Origin: a virus
Taxonomy: Duplodnaviria; Heunggongvirae; Uroviricota; Caudoviricetes
Reading direction: 5' to 3' (one strand)
Length of the DNA: 9,625 nt
Virus record (IMG/VR): IMGVR_UViG_2740892370_000019
Positions 6,795 to 9,625 of this stretch are shown in pieces. Position 1 is the stretch's first letter; each line of letters starts with the position of its first letter. The notes under the pieces are model-generated. The model ran no database searches and was not told the origin of the DNA. It saw nothing but the letters and a program-made list of their open reading frames with translations. A program made the translations under genes and the position numbers.

Positions 6795-6990
6795 GGAACA
6801 CCCCCTGACGAATACGGGCGGCGAATACCATCACGCAGCCAGCCGGGGATTGCTGGCGTGCTTCCTGTTCGCTGCTGGCCTCAATGGTAATCACGCGCGG
6901 TTGTGCCGTACTCAGGGCGATAAAACGCCAGATGTATTTATTCAGGTTGTGCGAGTCCCGCCCTTGCGGGTGTGTGGTATGATTTAGCAT
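6787..6990 (-). CDS. Hypothetical small protein (67 aa), first gene of the replication operon
   Basis: ATG at 6990 preceded by GAGGT at 5 nt; the stop overlaps the next gene start. The track shows this only as the C-terminal end of an implausible 367-aa read-through ORF. GC-rich, and an opposite-strand ORF (6793..6987) exists, so coding status is uncertain. Confidence 0.35.
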   Translation of the reverse strand: MLNHTTHPQGRDSHNLNKYIWRFIALSTAQPRVITIEASSEQEARQQSPAGCVMVFAARIRQGVFHA

Positions 6991-7087
6991 AGCTACCTCG
7001 ATAATCTTTCTATCGTTGGTGGTTAGAAGCCCGGTTAGTGTTAGCGCACTGCCGGGTTTCGTCGTTTCTGCACCTTGCATCAACAAG

Positions 7088-7160
7088 GTGTTAAACACCA
7101 ATTTAAGCCTAGGTGTTAAACACGTCAAGTGTTGAACACTTATTTTTTTTCCTGCATACT
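7088..7160. promoter_or_regulatory. Three palindromic operators with an overlapping candidate promoter for the plus-strand regulator gene
   Basis: GTGTTAAACAC at 7088..7098 and 7113..7123, and GTGTTGAACAC at 7129..7139; each has half-sites GTGTT/AACAC forming an inverted repeat. Centre spacings are about 25 and 16 bp. TTGAAC (7132..7137) lies inside the third operator, then a 17-bp spacer and CATACT (7155..7160), about 30 bp before the ATG at 7190. Confidence 0.55.
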
Positions 7161-7189
7161 GCATTTGTTTTTTGTAAGGGGTACACAAC

Positions 7190-7369
7190 ATGGCGACAAA
7201 AGCAGTAAACGCAAAATCACAAACAGTTGCGGCAAGGGTTCCGCATGAAGTTATGAACAATGTTGAGGCGGTAAAAATGCCTGGTGAAAGTACAGGGCAG
7301 TTTGTAACAGCAGCATTAAAGCGAGAAGTTGAATACCGCCAGCGTCGCAAGGCCAAAGAGCAGGAGTAA
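7190..7369 (+). CDS. Small ribbon-helix-helix-like DNA-binding protein (59 aa), candidate repressor
   Basis: Not in the ORF track (under 60 aa). MATKAVNAKSQTVAARVPHEVMNNVEAVKMPGESTGQFVTAALKREVEYRQRRKAKEQE: a TVAARVP beta-strand followed by two short helices fits the RHH (CopG/Arc-like) pattern. AAGGGG Shine-Dalgarno about 9 nt upstream; sits directly downstream of the operator triplet. Confidence 0.5.
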   Translation: MATKAVNAKSQTVAARVPHEVMNNVEAVKMPGESTGQFVTAALKREVEYRQRRKAKEQE

Positions 7370-7426
7370 CCATCACCAGCGCCGTGGTGCGGTGAACTGT
7401 GGCGCACAGGGTTACAGGTATCTACG

Positions 7427-7624
7427 ATGACTGACAAATCATTAAAGAAATTATCCTCATCCAGGGAAAAACAACGCAAAAACGCGGTAAGCGAACAAGA
7501 ACAGGAAAGATTCGCACCATGTGCGTTTGTCCTTGAGAAGTTCCTTAAAGAGTACAGGCGCACAAAAATGGGATCGCATACCTGGAAAACATCGCAGCAT
7601 GGCGATGCTAAAGAGCAGGAATAG
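7427..7624 (+). CDS. Hypothetical small basic protein (65 aa)
   Basis: ATG with AGG at about 7 nt; charged, Lys/Arg/Glu-rich composition. Lies between the RHH-like gene and the plus-strand terminator. An overlapping opposite-strand ORF (7457..7645) looks like low-complexity hydrophobic read-through. Confidence 0.3.
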   Translation: MTDKSLKKLSSSREKQRKNAVSEQEQERFAPCAFVLEKFLKEYRRTKMGSHTWKTSQHGDAKEQE

Positions 7625-7712
7625 CCCACCAGCAAGCCAGCACACTGATCACATTGCCCACCAGCCAGCAAATCGCTATGATGTTCGGGCTTATGTTTAG
7701 TGTTTTCCCATT

Positions 7713-7740
7713 GGCGACCGCCCCCGGTCGCCTTTGTTTT
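7713..7740 (+). terminator. Rho-independent terminator
   Basis: Perfect 8-bp GC-rich stem GGCGACCG (7713..7720) / CGGTCGCC (7725..7732) with loop CCCC, followed by TTTGTTTT (7733..7740). Placed where the plus-strand small genes converge on alpA. Confidence 0.65.
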
Positions 7741-7759
7741 ATGTGTCATATGCTCCCCT

Positions 7760-7969
7760 TTACGCTGCCTTTCCTGAATTAATGCGATCCCGGCTTTTAA
7801 CCCATTCCATAACCTCAGACTTAACCCAGCCAACCGAACGACCTCCAAGACTGATACGGGAGGGAAAGCGGCCTTGTTTTTCCATCTCATAACGAGTTGT
7901 ACGGCAAACGCCTGTTAGCTCTCTGCATTCTTTTTCACGGATTACACGATCTTCATTTATTTCGCGCAT
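7760..7969 (-). CDS. alpA: AlpA-family prophage regulatory protein (69 aa from the ATG at 7969; possible longer form from GTG at 8053)
   Basis: CRELTGVCRTTRYEMEKQGRFPSRISLGGRSVGWVKSEVMEWV matches the AlpA signature (HTH, G.FP, R.VGW..SEV.EW). Adjacent to and co-oriented with the integrase, as in CP4-57/P4-like elements. The track N-terminus starts at a GTG. Confidence 0.8.
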   Translation of the reverse strand: MREINEDRVIREKECRELTGVCRTTRYEMEKQGRFPSRISLGGRSVGWVKSEVMEWVKSRDRINSGKAA

Positions 7970-8053
7970 AAAAAGCCCTACATAAAATTTACGTATAGAA
8001 ATTTTTGTTTCGCTGTGGATATACGGGAAGGAATACTTCTTAGCTTTTTTCAC

Positions 8054-8386
8054 CTCTTAAATTGAATACGTAACCTTTCTGAACTTTATGTTCGTCAAAG
8101 TTCGCTAGAGTTTGCTGCTGTTCATAAAATCGTGTCACGAGTTTTTAAGCGACGCAACAAAAAATGTCGTCATTTGGCATGATACTTGAATTATCTTATT
8201 AAAAACAAATAGATAAACCATCAGGTGTTGGAATAATCAAGAAACAGAAAATAAGAACTCAGAAGAAGATATTTCAATTTTTTCGATGGTTGACACATAT
8301 AAAGTGAAGATATTTGCAGATATTTTCTGATATTCTACGATTTATTCACGGCTGTAATCTCTTAAAGAAAAAACAGCCGTAATTTG
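8054..8386. promoter_or_regulatory. AT-rich intergenic region between int and alpA carrying phased short repeats
   Basis: 333 bp with no convincing ORF. Three GATATT copies at 8309..8314, 8319..8324 and 8329..8334 with exact 10-bp phasing; a consensus TTGACA at 8290..8295; an inverted repeat CGGCTGT...ACAGCCG at about 8349..8379 just downstream of the int stop. Confidence 0.35.
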
Positions 8387-9625
8387 TCAAGAATTTTGGG
8401 TGTAAATTCGCGGGGTCATAACAACGATTTTTTCATCATTGTTCTGGAGAAGCTCGAGACGGTCTACCCATAGATTAAGAGCATCACGTTTTGCATCAAG
8501 ATAGCGGGAGTGGTTATAGACTCGTTGCATCCCTGGCATCTGGTGGGCTGTAAGCTGCTCGACAATATGCGGATCCACGCCTAAATCGTTCAGCATGGTT
8601 GTAAATGTGTGCCGGATATCGTGTAACGTCCAGGGGGCTTGATTAATTCGTCTGTGCGCTGTTCTTCCGTACTCTGCTACCGAAGATTGTCCTTTCAGTT
8701 CACCAAGCAATAAGCCCGTGTGTCTGTTCTGCTCCACCAGCTGCGTGATGAACGGCAAAATGCTTTCCGGTATTGGCCTGAATATGGCGACCTTCGTTTT
8801 GCTGTGCTCCTTCGGTACCGTCCAGAGCATTTCTTTAAAATCCCACTCCTGCACCTCAGAGCGCCTTAGCTCGGTGGTACGGCATCCGAAAACAATCAGG
8901 AGGCGAATTAGGGCGCTGTAGTACGGCGGGAATATTTTGTCATCCAGGGCGCGGAGTAATTCCCCAAGCTCCTTGTTTGTTAGTACGCGCTCGCTCACTT
9001 CTGCTTTTTTTCCCACATCACCGACAACCATATCATCAAGAACGTTGCTGATTGCGTATCGTCGTTTTCGGCAGTACTTAAGCGCCTGTTTGCATACCTG
9101 TAGCAAAAATCCGGCAGATACTGGGCTTCGCTTTGCCATCTGGTCAAAACATGCCAACCAGTGCCGTAGCTCGCATTTTTCCAACGGCAAAGCGCCAATC
9201 TGGCTGATTATGTGTTTATTGATCCGGCTTTTCAGTGATTCGTAGTCAGTGCGCTTTTCCTTTGCATACGATTCAAGCCAGTAAGTGAGCGCTTCCTTAA
9301 CTGTCACGGGGGCTAACGCATCCTGTACAGCACGATTAAGCTCATAGCGCGGATTTTTCCCCTCAGCCAGCCAGGCGCGACACTGTGCTGCTATTTCCCT
9401 GGCTGCTTTCAGGCTCAGATCGGGATAATTGCCCAGTCTCAGACGTTCCGGTGATACCTGCCTACCAGTTCCGGCCCTGTAAGTGAAATACCAGGTTAAC
9501 AGGCCGCTGGTGGAATGTCTTACGCTAAGATTGCCACCGTCATTAAAAAAGGCGTTTTTTGTGGTTGGTGATCCGCTTAATTTTCGTAAAAGAGTGTCGC
9601 TAAGTCTATGAATTGCGCTGCTCAT
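8387..9625 (-). CDS. int: Tyrosine site-specific integrase, P4-type (412 aa)
   Basis: Full-length ORF with the start at the window edge. The C-terminal catalytic region contains LHDIRHTFTT and ...GMQRVYNHSRYLD (His-x-x-Arg and the catalytic Tyr context). Size and the adjacent alpA are typical of P4-like integrase modules. Confidence 0.9.
   Translation of the reverse strand: MSSAIHRLSDTLLRKLSGSPTTKNAFFNDGGNLSVRHSTSGLLTWYFTYRAGTGRQVSPERLRLGNYPDLSLKAAREIAAQCRAWLAEGKNPRYELNRAVQDALAPVTVKEALTYWLESYAKEKRTDYESLKSRINKHIISQIGALPLEKCELRHWLACFDQMAKRSPVSAGFLLQVCKQALKYCRKRRYAISNVLDDMVVGDVGKKAEVSERVLTNKELGELLRALDDKIFPPYYSALIRLLIVFGCRTTELRRSEVQEWDFKEMLWTVPKEHSKTKVAIFRPIPESILPFITQLVEQNRHTGLLLGELKGQSSVAEYGRTAHRRINQAPWTLHDIRHTFTTMLNDLGVDPHIVEQLTAHQMPGMQRVYNHSRYLDAKRDALNLWVDRLELLQNNDEKIVVMTPRIYTQNS

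Noticed and set aside
6957-6970. Short GC hairpin CCCGC-CCTT-GCGGG considered as a leader attenuator or P4 CI-RNA-like immunity element
   Set aside because: Only a 5-bp stem with no U-tract on the transcribed strand, and I could not find the paired complementary repeats that a P4-type RNA immunity system would need.
6787-7890. 367-aa minus-strand ORF from the track
   Set aside because: It reads through the operator and promoter region, overlaps the RHH-like gene, the strong plus-strand terminator and the alpA 3' end, and its N-terminus is low-complexity. Only its last 67 codons, which have their own Shine-Dalgarno and ATG, look plausibly coding.
8016-8024. DnaA-box-like 9-mer TGTGGATAT
   Set aside because: A single 8-of-9 match in the possible N-terminal extension of alpA, with no clustering; likely chance.

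Overview
This window reads as most or all of an integrative phage-satellite-like element (P4/PICI-like backbone), almost entirely on the minus strand, with no rRNA, tRNA or CRISPR array detected. All homology calls come from reading the translations against remembered reference proteins (lambda Nu1, gpD, gpE, E. coli SSB, AlpA, P4-type integrases); no database search was run. From right to left: a P4-type tyrosine integrase (8387..9625), an AlpA-family regulator (7760..7969), a switch region with a small plus-strand RHH-like gene and three palindromic operators (about 7088..7369), a replication operon ending in a large primase/helicase-like gene (4048..6171), a dense 8-bp iteron array that is the likely origin (3702..4024), an SSB-like gene (3000..3422), and then a lambda-derived head and packaging module: gpE-like major capsid (1742..2788), gpD-like decoration protein (1391..1732), a second AlpA-like protein (996..1379), a lambda-type cos site (cosN at 928..939) and a Nu1-like small terminase (252..794). 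The most interesting point is that a satellite backbone carries its own lambda-like capsid, decoration, cos and TerS genes, yet no portal, protease, scaffold or large terminase is recognisable in the window (though a minus-strand gene of unknown identity appears to begin at the left edge). This suggests helper-dependent packaging with satellite-specified cos recognition and possibly capsid remodelling. Several ORF-track entries begin at non-ATG codons, so I have trimmed some N-termini to the first ATG with a Shine-Dalgarno sequence.
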